From: Klebsormidium nitens
Taxonomy: Eukaryota > Plantae > Klebsormidiophyceae
Assembly (NCBI GenBank): GCA_000708835.1
Contig: DF237006.1
Span: forward strand, 69,817 to 133,816
Direction of reading: 5' to 3'
DNA: 64,000 nucleotides
The notes under the pieces were generated by a model that was not told the origin of the DNA, searched no databases, and saw only the letters and a program-made list of their open reading frames with translations. Position numbers and translations under genes: made by a program. Positions 27,027 to 39,400 of the stretch are shown here, one piece after another. Numbering within the stretch: the stretch's first letter is position 1; the number at the start of each line of letters is the position of its first letter.

Positions 27027-27687
27027 GTTGATAAACGGGGATCACCCGGCGTGCGCGCGTAGTCGGCCCCCAGGCCCCGCGGCCGCGGGTCACCATGCGA
27101 TGCCGGGCATGCGGGGGCCCCGGGGGGCCTACACTATGGACGGTGGGCCGGGCCTTTGGGGCCCACCGCCCGGCGCGCAGGCATCACGCAGGGCGGCAGG
27201 GTCCTGGTGACCACAGTGGATCACCAGCCCGGTGTCATCGGTACAAGTAACGACGACCAGCCCGGTGTCTAGAAAGTGACCGGTCTGGAATACCTTCACC
27301 CGCCACCCGGGCGGGCCCTATAATGTAAGTTTCATCGATCGGAATCGGACGGCAGCCCTTGATTGTGGGAGCGTAAGAAGATTTGGTGGATGACTTCCCG
27401 TGATTGGCCAATGAGCGGCCAGCTGCCGGCAGCTCTAGCGAATAGATAAGCAGCTGGGGGTTCGTACGGCAGGGTTGCATCTCCTAGTCCACTTTATCCA
27501 TTGCGGAAGCAAGCAATCTCCGCAAACAGAAAAGCCACTGTACGCAGCAGGCTTGCTTCCTTCTTGCAATCGGACTTGAGTGGACGACAGGGGCTCGTGA
27601 GCTTGTGCAGAGCATCTCCTTCCTTCTGCAACCAACTGAAGACGCCATTGTCGCCAGGTTCTCCTACGTTCCTGCAAGCGTTGCGAG

Positions 27688-29092
27688 ATGGCTACCGCTC
27701 TATCTGCTGCTCTGAAGTCCTCTCTGTTCGCTGCTCCTTCAGTGAGCGCGGCAAGGACACAACAGCAAAGGAGGCAGACGGTCCGGTATGCTAACATCAG
27801 AGCAGGAGAGGAACCCGTAGATGCACAGCCCTCGGCGAAGCCTGCAGAGAAGGCTGCACCCAAGCCTCAGATTGGACCCAAGAGAGGATCCATGGTCAGT
27901 TTTTTTCCTCGGCCAGAGGACCTGCCTACACAGGAATTTCGTTGTGAAATGAGCACCCTTATCGCCCTAAGGGAAGATGGACAGAATATTGGGACACATG
28001 GAATGGATTTGGGGAATTAACAGAGCCACTACTAGTGGGTCGCCCATTCCCAGACAGCTGCAAAAAAGTTCTTCTAGTAGGGATATCAGCATGACACAGA
28101 GCATTTGACTTCGTTTTCTTATGCTCGTTCAACTGGCGGGCAAGTGTCATTGGAGTACTGCATCATGGTGAATCATGAATGGAAGCAGCTGGACATTCTA
28201 GCATTTGCATTTGAGGCTTTTGCGGGTGGATTTCGTCTCAATTTCAGGGTTTTGTGGTGGAACTTTTCCCATTCTCAGGGACCTGCCCTTCTGCTCTATG
28301 TTGCTCTTGGTGACGCTCTTTAGTGAGGCATGGTTGGGCGGCAATGGATTCTTTGAAGCCCCTTCTGACCTAAGAGGCATCATCCTATCTGGGCCATATT
28401 TTGTCGGTTTGTCCTGAGACTGGAGATGTCTGGCCTCTGTGTTCATCTGTCTTTGCTTTTGCACTGCATTGGTTTCCCTTTAAAACCATATCAGCTGGAG
28501 AGTTTGAAAGGTCAACAGGCCACGCACAAAATGCTGTCGTTTCAGAGACGGATAAACGCCCACCTGTACCTGGTACAGGCTGCACTGCCCACCTTTTTTT
28601 GCTGCATTCAAAGACCGCATTTCAGGGGAGGGTTTTAGATAGGTGCTGCTTTTGATGGATGGTTGAAAAATGTCATCTGCCTTAAGACTCATTGTTGTCT
28701 TTGTTATCAAACTGCAGGTGAGGATCAAGCGGCCAGAGTCGTTCTGGTACCTGAACGAGGGAAAGGTTGTGTCCGTTGATCAGGTGAGGAAGTTGCTTGT
28801 TTGTACGCCTTCAAAAATGCGTTCTTCAATCCCTGTCGCTGTCTGTTCTTCACAATGGATTCCTTGTAGCTTCTTATGCAGTCTTTACTCGTTGATTGGC
28901 ATCTGTCACATTGCCCCTGATCTGGGATGTTCATTTCGACCTTCAATGAGTTTGCCAGTCAGCTCACGCCTTACTCCTCTCTTGCAGTCCGAAGATAAAA
29001 TCCTGTATCCCGTTGTCGTGAGGTTCGAGAGCCCTAGCTACTCTGGGGTCACCACAAGCAACTATGCTCTTGACGAGGTCGAGGAGGTATAA
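27688..29092 (+). CDS. psaE: Photosystem I subunit IV (PsaE), 3 exons: 27688-27894, 28718-28783, 28988-29092
   Basis: Transit peptide, then IGPKRGSM|[22 protein letters not shown]|[34 protein letters not shown]. Confidence 0.95.
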
Positions 29093-30469
29093 TGGATTTG
29101 GGCACTAAAAGTTCTTAACATTAAGCAATCACAGCACAGGAACAGAAGGCGGGGCTTGAAACATACAATTTGGGCTCTAGTGTAGATAAACACGACTCTT
29201 TGAGCACGGAGTTGTCCAGTTCTGCCTCTCTTCGCTCTAGCACGGGTCATACAGCCAGGTCGTTTGGCCCCTCCTAGATGCGAGAGATAGCACAGCAAAG
29301 GATTCGCTGTTGAAGCTCGGCACATTTTGACGAGTTGCTTAGGCTGCTGTGAGAATCCAACCTGTCAATAGAATCCCTTTACTGAAATTGTCTCGCGAAG
29401 TTGATTTTGTCCCACTTATTGTTGCAAGCTCATTGCCGCGGGTTCTTTATCTTGCCTAAGCTGTTGTCGTCTGACCCCTTTGAGATTCACAATTCGAAGC
29501 TTGGAACAGCAGCCTACAGTTGTGCAATACTCACCTAGCAGGCCCGAACGCTTGAGCCTCATAGAGAACACATCATGCCCTAATTTTGTACCTCATGAAT
29601 GGCACCAGCACTGCATGGCCTTCCAATGCTGATGCAGTTCCTGATGAGTGAGAGGGCTGTAGCAAGTTCCATGTGGTGCTACATGATCCATATGCTTCTG
29701 CTCATGTTATGTCTGCATGACAACAGCGTACCTCCTCATTGGTGAGATGCGCGGAGAATTTCTCTTTTACACTGGCCTCCATGGTCCGAGGACTACCATG
29801 GTACTGATGACAGACCGACTACGCCGCTGAATTGGCAATGCTGTCATTGTTGTACTCGCCCCTGAACACACTTGATTCCGTCACCATGGGCTTCGAAACT
29901 CATGGCTCATTGTCGATCAACGATCGTGGACCATCTTCAGTACTCTAAATATTGGTTGTTGTGCTTTGCGGCGCGTCGGCTGCATATGACCGATCGATCT
30001 GTCAATGTACATAATGATGTTCTCTTTTCAAATGCCGTAGCCACATGGGCCATCTAGGCTTCCATGGCACATACAAGGAAATCAATGCTCAAATTTTGAA
30101 GATGATCATGTGAGCAGCCCACTAGGCTCTTGCAAAAGGGCATGATGAATCTTGCACCTTAGGAGAATGATGTCCTTGTAGCAATTTCCATGTATACTGA
30201 ATGAATGCAGGTGAAGGATGCAAAGATCCCAGAAACCACCTAAACATGACTTAGCAACGCTCATTAACCACTTTGAACTCGAGATGTTGAAGATATAAGC
30301 CGTTCAATGAACTTTGAAACGTCTTTTCCGTCGCATGCAAGGCATGGAGCAAACTGCCAAAAACAACGGACACGAAATTGTTTTCAGATCAGTAGCCCAC
30401 TCGCGAATGAGTTCACCATTCTGGATCATTCAGACTTACAGTCATCAGCACGACTACTTCCTGGTCCTC

Positions 30470-31729
30470 CTAATCAACTTTACTTAGGCCATTGCTTACT
30501 GCTTGCTCTCTAGCAGCTCCCTTTTTGACATGTACGTATGGCAGGCCCCACCAATACACCACTGTTGGATTCCACCGCAATTGTGAGGCTCGACAGTATT
30601 CTAGGAAGGTTATTCCGTAATAGGAGTTGAAGCCCATGAACACATGCCACCAGGCATGCCCCTGGGGATTGACGGGGAAACTTTGTAGAAGGTCACAAAA
30701 CGATCGATCTACAAGCCAGCATGCTACCCCAAGGATAAGCGTGTAAATGTACAGCTCGGCTACGTGCTGCGCCACTGGGGAGTTGCAGTGGAGGTAGTAC
30801 TTATACATCCGTGGAAGACAGAGCGACACAAGGAAGGCGTAGTGGATCTGGAAACCAATCACAAAGCGGAATTGCGAATGGATGATGGCAAAGCACGTTC
30901 CGTAGAGGAAGAGGAAGATCGGCATGGCATTTGTGTAGTGCCAATCTGGGGAGAAGAGGACGTATATGTACACCAGGATTGCCCAAACCATTGGGGTCTC
31001 GTCACTTTGTTGCTGCCTGCAAGACACGGCAAAAAGAGGCGGATATCTGGATCGCTTCCTACCTTGCTGAACATCACACGTGGATACAAAGACACAGTCA
31101 CTATTGTAAATGCTTGAGGGAAGGGAGATCTTTCAACACAAAAGAGCAGATTGGTCCAATCAATATTGAGAAGACAGCCCGCTTCAGGAATGCAGAGTTA
31201 GAGCAGGCCAGGCAACTCATGCTTTCCGCCACACAATTAGCTGAACTGGAACACAGAAACCAATCACTCAGCAAACAGGGGATGCAAACTTACACATGCT
31301 TCAATGTGGCATGAAAAAGAGCGCTTCCAATCCCGATTGTGACCATCATGAGCCAGAGGATGCTGAACCGCTTCTCGAAACGCTGCCGGATGGCACTTGC
31401 TAGGCCAATCCCCGCAAGTATGATCATTGGGATGTTTGTTATGCAGTTCCAAAACTCTGCAAAGAAGGTGCGGCCTTGTGGTCAGTAGAATGCACCAGCA
31501 ACGGGACTTGTCACAACAGGCCAGAGTGCCTAGCAGAGCATGTTCCTACGTTTAGGATTTTCGAAAAATATAAGGAGCTATGTTTCTGCACCGCTCAATG
31601 CACAGCACTTGAGTCAAAAGGCAGCGACGAAAACTCCTCACCTGCTATGTAGGGGCTCACTGCATAGTTCTGCTCACACCACTCGATGCTTCCTTTGCTT
31701 GCCCCCCAGAACGAGTGTAAGGCAGCCAT
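30470..31729 (-). CDS. ACER: Alkaline ceramidase (CREST family), 3 exons
   Basis: MAALHSFWG...IEWCEQNYAVSPYIA|EFWNCITN, SALFHATL, QQQSDETPMVW, NPQGHAWWHVFM. The CREST Zn ligands SxxxH, D and HxxxH are intact. Confidence 0.93.
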
Positions 31730-32227
31730 CTTGGATGCAGGCTGTGAAATGTTACTAATCATCCGACTCCTTCATCCGCCCTAACAGTTTCGCTCTGCTT
31801 GCGAGTCTCCGTGGCCTTAATAGGCCCCATGCAATGACACTAGCCTCATTTGCCCCAAGCTCCCAATTCCAGCTGGCGGCACATCAAAGTCAGCACAGAG
31901 TTTCCAAACAATGGTTACATGCGGCCAAGCTGCATGCTAGCAGACTGGCAAGATTCACAGCTGCTGCTGGCCAGGAATTCCACCAGAGCTCGAGGTTGGG
32001 GGAACTCTTGCTTCCTGGATTCAATCCAACTACACCAAGATCGTCTTTCGAGCTGGCGCTCCGGTGCGACTCGAGAGTGAAGAGCATTTGCAGTTTGATC
32101 ATTCAATCAAAACCCCCTCCGTTTGGAAAAGACTTCGGTGCTGCATGTTCGTTTCGCGCCCTGCCGAGTTGTTCAACGAGATGCCCCCTGCCCTTGCGCT
32201 GCCAATGCTGCAATTCCGAAACCTGCC

Positions 32228-32253
32228 TCTGACTCTGACTCTGACTCTGACTC
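32228..32253. repeat. (TCTGAC)4 microsatellite in the ACER/CHIP divergent region
   Basis: Four direct tandem hexamers. Confidence 0.9.
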
Positions 32254-32849
32254 CGAGTAGGAGCGATCTGAGGTGCTGCACATGGGTCTTCAACGATCGG
32301 TCCGGTCGCCACGTAGAAATTTAGGCATGGGTGTTGCTGGGACGAAGAGCGTGAAAATGTCCATACGATGCACACAGATACAATCGTAGCCGTCCCATCC
32401 GGCGATGGGAGTCCACAAAGTGGTTACGTATTGCCAATTGGATCTCTTGGGTCGAGCTTTTGGGAAGTGCTGGCCGTTTCTGCATTGTAATTTGACAAGG
32501 GATGATGGTGGCACCAGAGGCTGAAGCTGCATTCTTGATTTCGAGCATCTTACAAGGAGGGTGCACAAGATAGAGACAAAGAAGTCTGATGTCTTGTCGT
32601 AGTATATGAGCAGACGGTGCGTGAACAAGAGCATGTGTTGTCACTCCAAACAACGAGAGCGGCGATCATGTTCGTACTTCAGAAGGAAGTTGGGTGACGG
32701 CAAGCAAACCTGGTGCCTTTGGTGCAATTTGGTTTTGGTAGTCCTGAAGTGTGGCTTTCGTGGTCCATGGTATATCAGCCAAAGGGGGACAGCAGCTTCC
32801 TTCTCCTTGGTGAAGCGATTGAAAATTTTCTCAGATAAGCTTTGCTCAG

Positions 32850-35390
32850 ATGGCGTCTACAGCAAAGCAGCAGGCAGAGAGTGCGAAGGAGAAGGGCAAC
32901 TTCTTCTTTCGCAAGGAGAAGCTTGGGGCTGCCATTGAAGCATACACGGAGGCCATCGTCCTATACCCCACCAACGCAGTGTACTACACAAACAGAGCCC
33001 TTTGCAGGATGAAGAGGAAGTAAGTCATTGAGTTCTGGCACATCGTGAGAAGTGGCGAAATCAGGAGGCGAACAAAAGTTTGCATGCCAAAGCAAGTTTG
33101 TCCATCACAATACCCGCTTTGCCATGTTGATTCCAAGTGCCTGATGGAACATGGACTTTCAAGCACAACAACTGTCAAAGTGCGTGCAAACGCTGGATGC
33201 CGCCTCCATTGCTGCAACCGCCGCCATTAGTGACACCCTGCTTAAAAGCTGTCAAAGGTGCAAGACACGATGATGCAGCCAAGCGCGTCGGAGAGCAGGA
33301 TTCTTTCAATCTTGTCCATCGCTTGTACCAGCCTGTAACTTCCTCATTCCCCCCGTTAAGCCCGTCCCTTATGTCGCTTGCCCCTTCCTAACATACACTT
33401 GGTTTCGTGAAGGTGTGAGCCCCTTTCCTTTCCATCTGTCCAGCGAGTGGCCAGACGTCGCAACCGACTGCCGCAAGGCCCTGGCACTAGACTCTGGCAG
33501 TGTGAAGGGGCACTATCTGCTGGGCCTGGCCCTGCTGCGCTCCGACGACGCTGACGAAGCGGTGCGCCATCTAGACAAGGCACTGGACTTGGCGCGGGGG
33601 GGCAACGGAGGCCTTACCATGGTGGAAGTGAGACTCTTCCCTGTGTCTGCTAGCGTCAGCTATCCGCTCTCTCGACCCCCTGCCTCTCTGATTGTTCTCA
33701 TGTACTTGTCCTTAGTGTCTCTTGATTCGTTTCTCTATCTTTTTCTCAGCCTCCCGTTTTTCCGGATCTTGGCCCAATGCAAATCCGTCCTTCGGTTCCA
33801 GGATGTCTGGCAGGAGCTGTCCAATGCCAAGTTCAAGCAGTGGGACATCGCAGCCGCAAAGAGGCGGGAACGCCAGAGCGATCTCAGGTGAGGGAAAGGA
33901 AGAGGCTTTAGCAGGTGGCTGAGCATTTGTCAAGAGCCCGGGAAGCTTTCAAAGTTTCTCTACTGGACTTGAAAAGAGGCAGAAGCACAAAACCACCTGC
34001 ATGCTTGCAGGAACTTATCGCCTGGATATTTCTGTTGTCCAACCAGCGACGCTCCTCTTCTAGAGGCTTATTGTTGCTTGAAAAGGTTTGCCAGAAGCAT
34101 CAGGACTCGAACTCAAAGGATTGCCGTGTGATTTTCGCAGTGGTGCGATTTGTAAGCTGAAAGTTTGGGTGCCCACTTGCCCCAAGTATAGCCATCAGGC
34201 ACGTACTATTGAAAGAATCACACACTCCAAAACCGATTCCTTTCCAGGAACCGTTTGCGGAAAGTCCTGCTGGAAATGAAGCAAGGAGCAAGCAGAGCGG
34301 AAGGGGCCCCCATGGACATCGATGCTTCCACCAGCAATGAAGTTGAAGGTAGGATACAGGGGCGGGGCTTCCGAGCCCCGGTGGTCAACCTCGAAGATAG
34401 TGACGATGAGCCCCAGCCAATGAGCCCATCCTCGCCATCGTTCGAAGCAGGGCTACGGGAGATGCAAGCAACGCTCGCAGGGAGGGCGGAACCCAGAAGT
34501 CAAGAGTCGGAAGCCAAGAGTCAGGAGGGGGAACAAAGTGGGGGCGTGGAAGTTGAGGGGGGCGAAAGCAGTGAACGGGGGGGTGGACGCTCCAGAGAAG
34601 CGCCGTCAACCAGTGGGGCGACGGAAGAAGCGGAGAGGGGGGGTGACAAGGGACGCAGGAGAGAAGGGGGTTCTTTAACCGAGAAGGAGCGAATGCAACG
34701 GGACGAGCAATACGAGCAAGATGTAAACACACTCGAGAACGTGTTCGACAAGGCCGGGGCGCCGGATCGACCAGGAGAGGTGAGCTTTCCCAAGTTCAAA
34801 ATGGATTTACCTTCGGATTTACCTTCGCAGAGAGAAAGTAAGAGCAGTACGTGGACTTGAGTTGGTCTGAAAGTTGGGTTCGGGTGGTCGACTACTTAAC
34901 AAGACTTGCTGAATCCAAATCTTGATTCGGGTTATGGATGATGGTGGATGCAAGCCCTCACGAGCAATTGTGGCTCCAGTTAAGATCCAAATTTGAGAGC
35001 TTTGCGGAATCACAATCCACTTGACTGCTGCACCATGAAACTCGGCCCGAATCTGATCCCCTTCTGAAGCACAGCCTGCGCTCAGATTGATATGCAATTT
35101 CGGCGATCATAGAAGGCCGTTTGAAAGCTTGACCGTCGGACAGTTTCGGGCAGGTACCGGATCATTTATGCTGCAAACTGACCATGGAAATCTTTCGGGA
35201 TCCTGTAATAACCCCAAGCGGGGTCACCTACGAGAGAACGGCAATCCTGGAGCACTTGAAAAGGGTGGGCCGATTTGATCCCGTGACTAGGGCTACCTTA
35301 GGCGAAAAGGATTTGTCTCCGAACCTGGCCTTGAAGGAGGCTGTTCAATGTTACTTAGAAGAGCACGGGTGGGCTTACAAGCTGACGTGA
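32850..35390 (+). CDS. CHIP: CHIP/STUB1 TPR + U-box E3 ubiquitin ligase. Exons approx. 32850-33020, 33443-33627, 33801-33888, 34248-34778, 35154-35390
   Basis: TPR motifs AKEKGNFFF...AIEAYTEAI...YYTNRALC and [10 protein letters not shown]-box [28 protein letters not shown]...FDPVTR...PNLALKEAV...GWAYKLT*. Confidence 0.93.
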
Positions 35391-36463
35391 CGCGTAGCTC
35401 TCAAACCAGACGGTGTTATCCAGGGGATGCGCCGGCCTGCAAGGAAATTATAGGTGGCACACGCGGTGCTGCGTAGTGTGTAGAATACCGTTCTGGTAGG
35501 TGTGACTTTTGTAAATTAGTCAAGGGGCCAAACAAATCGTCCCACCAGCTTTCTAACAGGTGTCTAAAGTTGCACAACAAAATCGGAGCTAGATCTGATC
35601 AGTTGGCCGTTGGTGTCAATGAGCGGCCAGTTGCATGATCTGCAGTTAAGAACCTACGTGCTGCCATGCCCGGCTGTTCCTTGAATCGTAGCCACCACGA
35701 GCTGAGCATTGGGATTCCGGGTTGCACGTACTCTGCTCAAGAGCTGCCAACGTGCACGCGTCACGTAGGCAGCCGTCAATATCTTACACTATTCTAAGTT
35801 CGCCCCTGGTAGCATGTGTACGTCGATCACCCAATCGATACATTTCCCTGCAACTCAATAGCGTGACGGGTGGCAGCACACTTTGCGGGCATCAGTACGT
35901 GCATGGCCGCCTTCAATGCAATCTGAGTATCGTTGCACGGATCATCGACTGGACGTGGCGTATAGGCTGTATGAAAGATTGCACTGTGTGTTATAGCTAT
36001 AGTTTGTATACCTGCCTCTAAGTAATTGTCAGTGCATTTTTATGCGTGTAAAAATGCGTCACCTTGCAGGGTTTAAGTGCTGTACATTACCTCCATAGGC
36101 ATGGGCCGCGCGCGCAATTTGACCCGCACGAGCACAGCATGACAGTGTTAATTGGTTGCAAACAATGCTGCTATAAGGCCTTATGGGTTGACAGTCTATT
36201 AGTATTCCGCCATGATATATGTCTCTTTGCATGTTCAACGGTTGCCAGTGGTTAATTGGAGACGAGTTTGGATATAAAGGCGCAGCTTGAAGAGGGCTTG
36301 GGACCACAATGGTCCGACATCATGTGGGCGGAATGCACATACAGGTGCCACTTGTCTTCATGCGAGATAGGGAGCAGCGCAAAGCCTCATGTAAAAAACG
36401 ACTACTCTTGGTCTGTCTTTGCACAGTCTCGGAGCCAGGGAGCCAAGTACTGCCAGGGCACAA

Positions 36464-39400
36464 TCAAGCGTCTCTCAAAGACTCGTCTGGACCGCGGCTC
36501 TGGACACTCTGACTGTCGCCCGACTTTCTCCTGTCGACCGCTTGGTCGTGCTTTATAGGCTGCCGGACCTCCCGCGTCTCCTCGTCCTCTGACGAGGCAC
36601 TCCCTTTCAAGTACTTTCCATCGTTTTCATAGTCAATCGAACTCGGCGGCAGAGTGGTCGGCCCTTCTCGCTCCTCCTCCTCCGCCACCTTCGCCAGCGC
36701 GCCGCCCCGCTTCCCGGCAGACCCCACCTCACTCAAAACCTCTTCCTCTTCCTCGTCCGTCGTCTCTCCGTTCCTCCGCGCCTCATCATCCTCCAAATCT
36801 TGCAACTGGAACGACAGATCCCGTTTTACGCTCGGCCCCTCCACCTCCGCCTGCTTACGTCCCGCCGATCCTTTTGCTTTTTGCGGCCCGGGGCTTCCAG
36901 CGTGGTCACCGCTGATGCTGGTGGTCGGGGAGCGGCTCTCCGGGCTATCCGCCCGGCTGACGCGCGCCTTCTCACCGCTGACGTCAGCGACGTCGGCCTC
37001 ATCCTCGTCCTCGGAGTGCTCCACCGGCGCCGCGGCCGCCTTCGCTTTCGCGGGTAGCGGCGAATCGTCGTCAGACTCTTCCTCGCTCTCCTCGTCCGCC
37101 TCGCGCAGCCACTGGCGGACGAACGGGTTTTGTTTTAGCGGAAAGTTCGTCGTACAACTCTAGGTTTTTCATCCATGTAGCAACGGTTTTCAATTAGCAA
37201 CTGCCGACACCCGATGCAGAGGACCTATGTCCAGCATGATCATCATCGCGCTGGATCTGATTCGCGAGCCTTGATAGCAGTTGCGTTCATATCAATTGAC
37301 TTACTGCCATTTGGTTTCTGGTACGTTTTGGCAGATCCTGCCAAAACTTAACCATCACCGAAGAGCCTCAGAACAGCCTCGGTGCGTCTGAACAGGCGAC
37401 TGTCCGTATTTCAGCACCAGCTTTCCTCAAACATTTCAGCAGGGTCTAAGGTTACGACCAAGCAGTAAGGAAATGCTACGGAAAAAGACAACCCCGCGCC
37501 TCGCAGAGCTCCGCTCTTCTTTGATAGATCGCAAGGCTCATAGTTGTTCACTTGCAAAGCTCATACAGCAAATTCCGAACGTGTACAAAGGACGGGGCCA
37601 CTGACCGTGAGGAAGATCTTGCACTGGTTGAGGTACTTTTTGTCGCTTTCATCCGCGTATCGCTTCTCGCCCTCCCACTGAAACAGCCCCTCCTCCGAAA
37701 GCACGTCCTCGTCATATAGCAACTGGGCGACCTGCAAAGAGGACACCCCTTGCATTGGTCGCCGCATGATGTGTGCACAGACAGTCTGTAGCTGCATGCA
37801 CGTCTTCCACCCGCGTCCTACGCCGTACTTCCAGCGCCGTCATGGTGCTCAATATCGCCACCACTCTAGTTTCACTTGTGGCTCTGGCTGCGGACGCAAG
37901 CAATGTCAGGACAACATGCTAGTCAGCAACTCCCGCTAAGTGGATGCTTCTTCAGATAAAGGAGAGACACAAAAGCAAACATAGAAAGGCTGAGGTACAA
38001 AGTATTGCATGCATCGCTTCACCCATCACGGTCTGGCACAGAACAGAGCTTCAGAACGTGAAAGCAATGTGCTCTTGGTGACGAATGAAGCGCGGCGCAC
38101 CTTTGCAAACAGCGGGCCGAAGTCCCGGGTGGGCTTCTCTTCGCAGGCCTCCTCCAACGTCAGCAGCACCTCCGCCTGATACACACCAAGAGCGGAGCTC
38201 AGGATGCGTGAACCCAGAATCGAAGGCTTTCACAAATCACACGAACCTGCATGCGTGAACCTTGACGGCATCCGCTAGGCAGGAAGCCTTTCCCGTTCCA
38301 AGGATGGTGAAGTTTATCGGCGTCTGCCCTGCAGCCTCAACTGACGAACCGAACTTCGTCTCACCAAGTAATGAAACAAATGGTTCTCTGACATTTTCAG
38401 ACAGACGACTCGTCCTCCCCGACAGTATATTGGCCCAAATAACTCATACGCGACTTGACATCCCCAGCCATGCTATCAGGCTTTGAACCTGCTATCTCCG
38501 CAAAGTGCACGACGCAGCGAAGGCGCCTCACCTCGTCCTCCTCGCCCGTGAGAAACTTTTTGAGAAGCGAGCCCCATTGCGTTAGCAGCTTCTTCAGCGC
38601 CGTCAGCGTGGCAGCTGGACAAGCAGACAAGCAATAAGCTGCGGATGATTGTGCCACGGCTAGGACCAAGAAAGTAAATCTTGTCCTCCTGGATAATAAC
38701 TCTCGAGCGCCTTCGTCAAACGCCATTCTAAAAGTCGTGGATCTGCTCGCTAGCCACGACACGAAACAAGGCAGACGCAGCATTGAACGTTCAAGTAGGT
38801 CAAAGTGCAGGCACGTTCTCACGTCTATTCTTCGACGAAGGAGTTGAAGGAGGTCGCATAGATGCAGTCCAGTCACTTGGTACTGCGTCCAGCGCAACAG
38901 CTTACAACCTGGAGTTTATAATTCTCGCTTGTATTCATAGTGACAAGAGCACGAAAGTGATCGCAGCGTACCTGGTGAGGCGGGCTTGCCCTCGAGCGTC
39001 ATGACGAGCATCGTCTTGAACACCCCGCTCGCGCACTCGGCGAACGTCTTGTTGTAGGCCAGCCTGCAGGCACGCACACGAGAGCTGCTGAATTCAGAAC
39101 GTTCAACAAGATGCTCTGGCATAAGTTTTCACGGGTCCCTCCTTTGGACTAAACCTGAGCAGATTGTTTGTCGTAGGCGACGGAAGGCCGCGTGAGGTTT
39201 GCGAAATGACGATGAGGGCAGAATATGAAAGACGATTGAGAGATGCCGGTTCCCCCAAACGACGGACAACAGGCCATATGATCTACTAAGCTTGCAATCA
39301 TTGTCTCCGTCTGTATGGAAGGGTCTACAGGGTTGTGTGAGTGCTCACTTGAGGCCGTTGATCTCCAGTTGCACGTTCTCCTGCTTGATCTTCTCTACCA

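Noticed and set aside
27010-27030. AAACCCTAAAC as a telomerase RNA template
   Set aside because: It would sit ~270 nt from the putative start, whereas plant telomerase templates are near the 5' end. A telo-box for WDR75 is the simpler explanation.
29800-29835. CTGATGA...CTGAA resembling a hammerhead core or mini C/D RNA
   Set aside because: No GAAA or proper stems for a hammerhead, and too short for a snoRNA.
30143-30205. ATGATGA...CTGA spaced like a box C/D snoRNA
   Set aside because: It is antisense within the ACER 3' region and I can identify no rRNA-complementary guide. Short motifs like these occur by chance.
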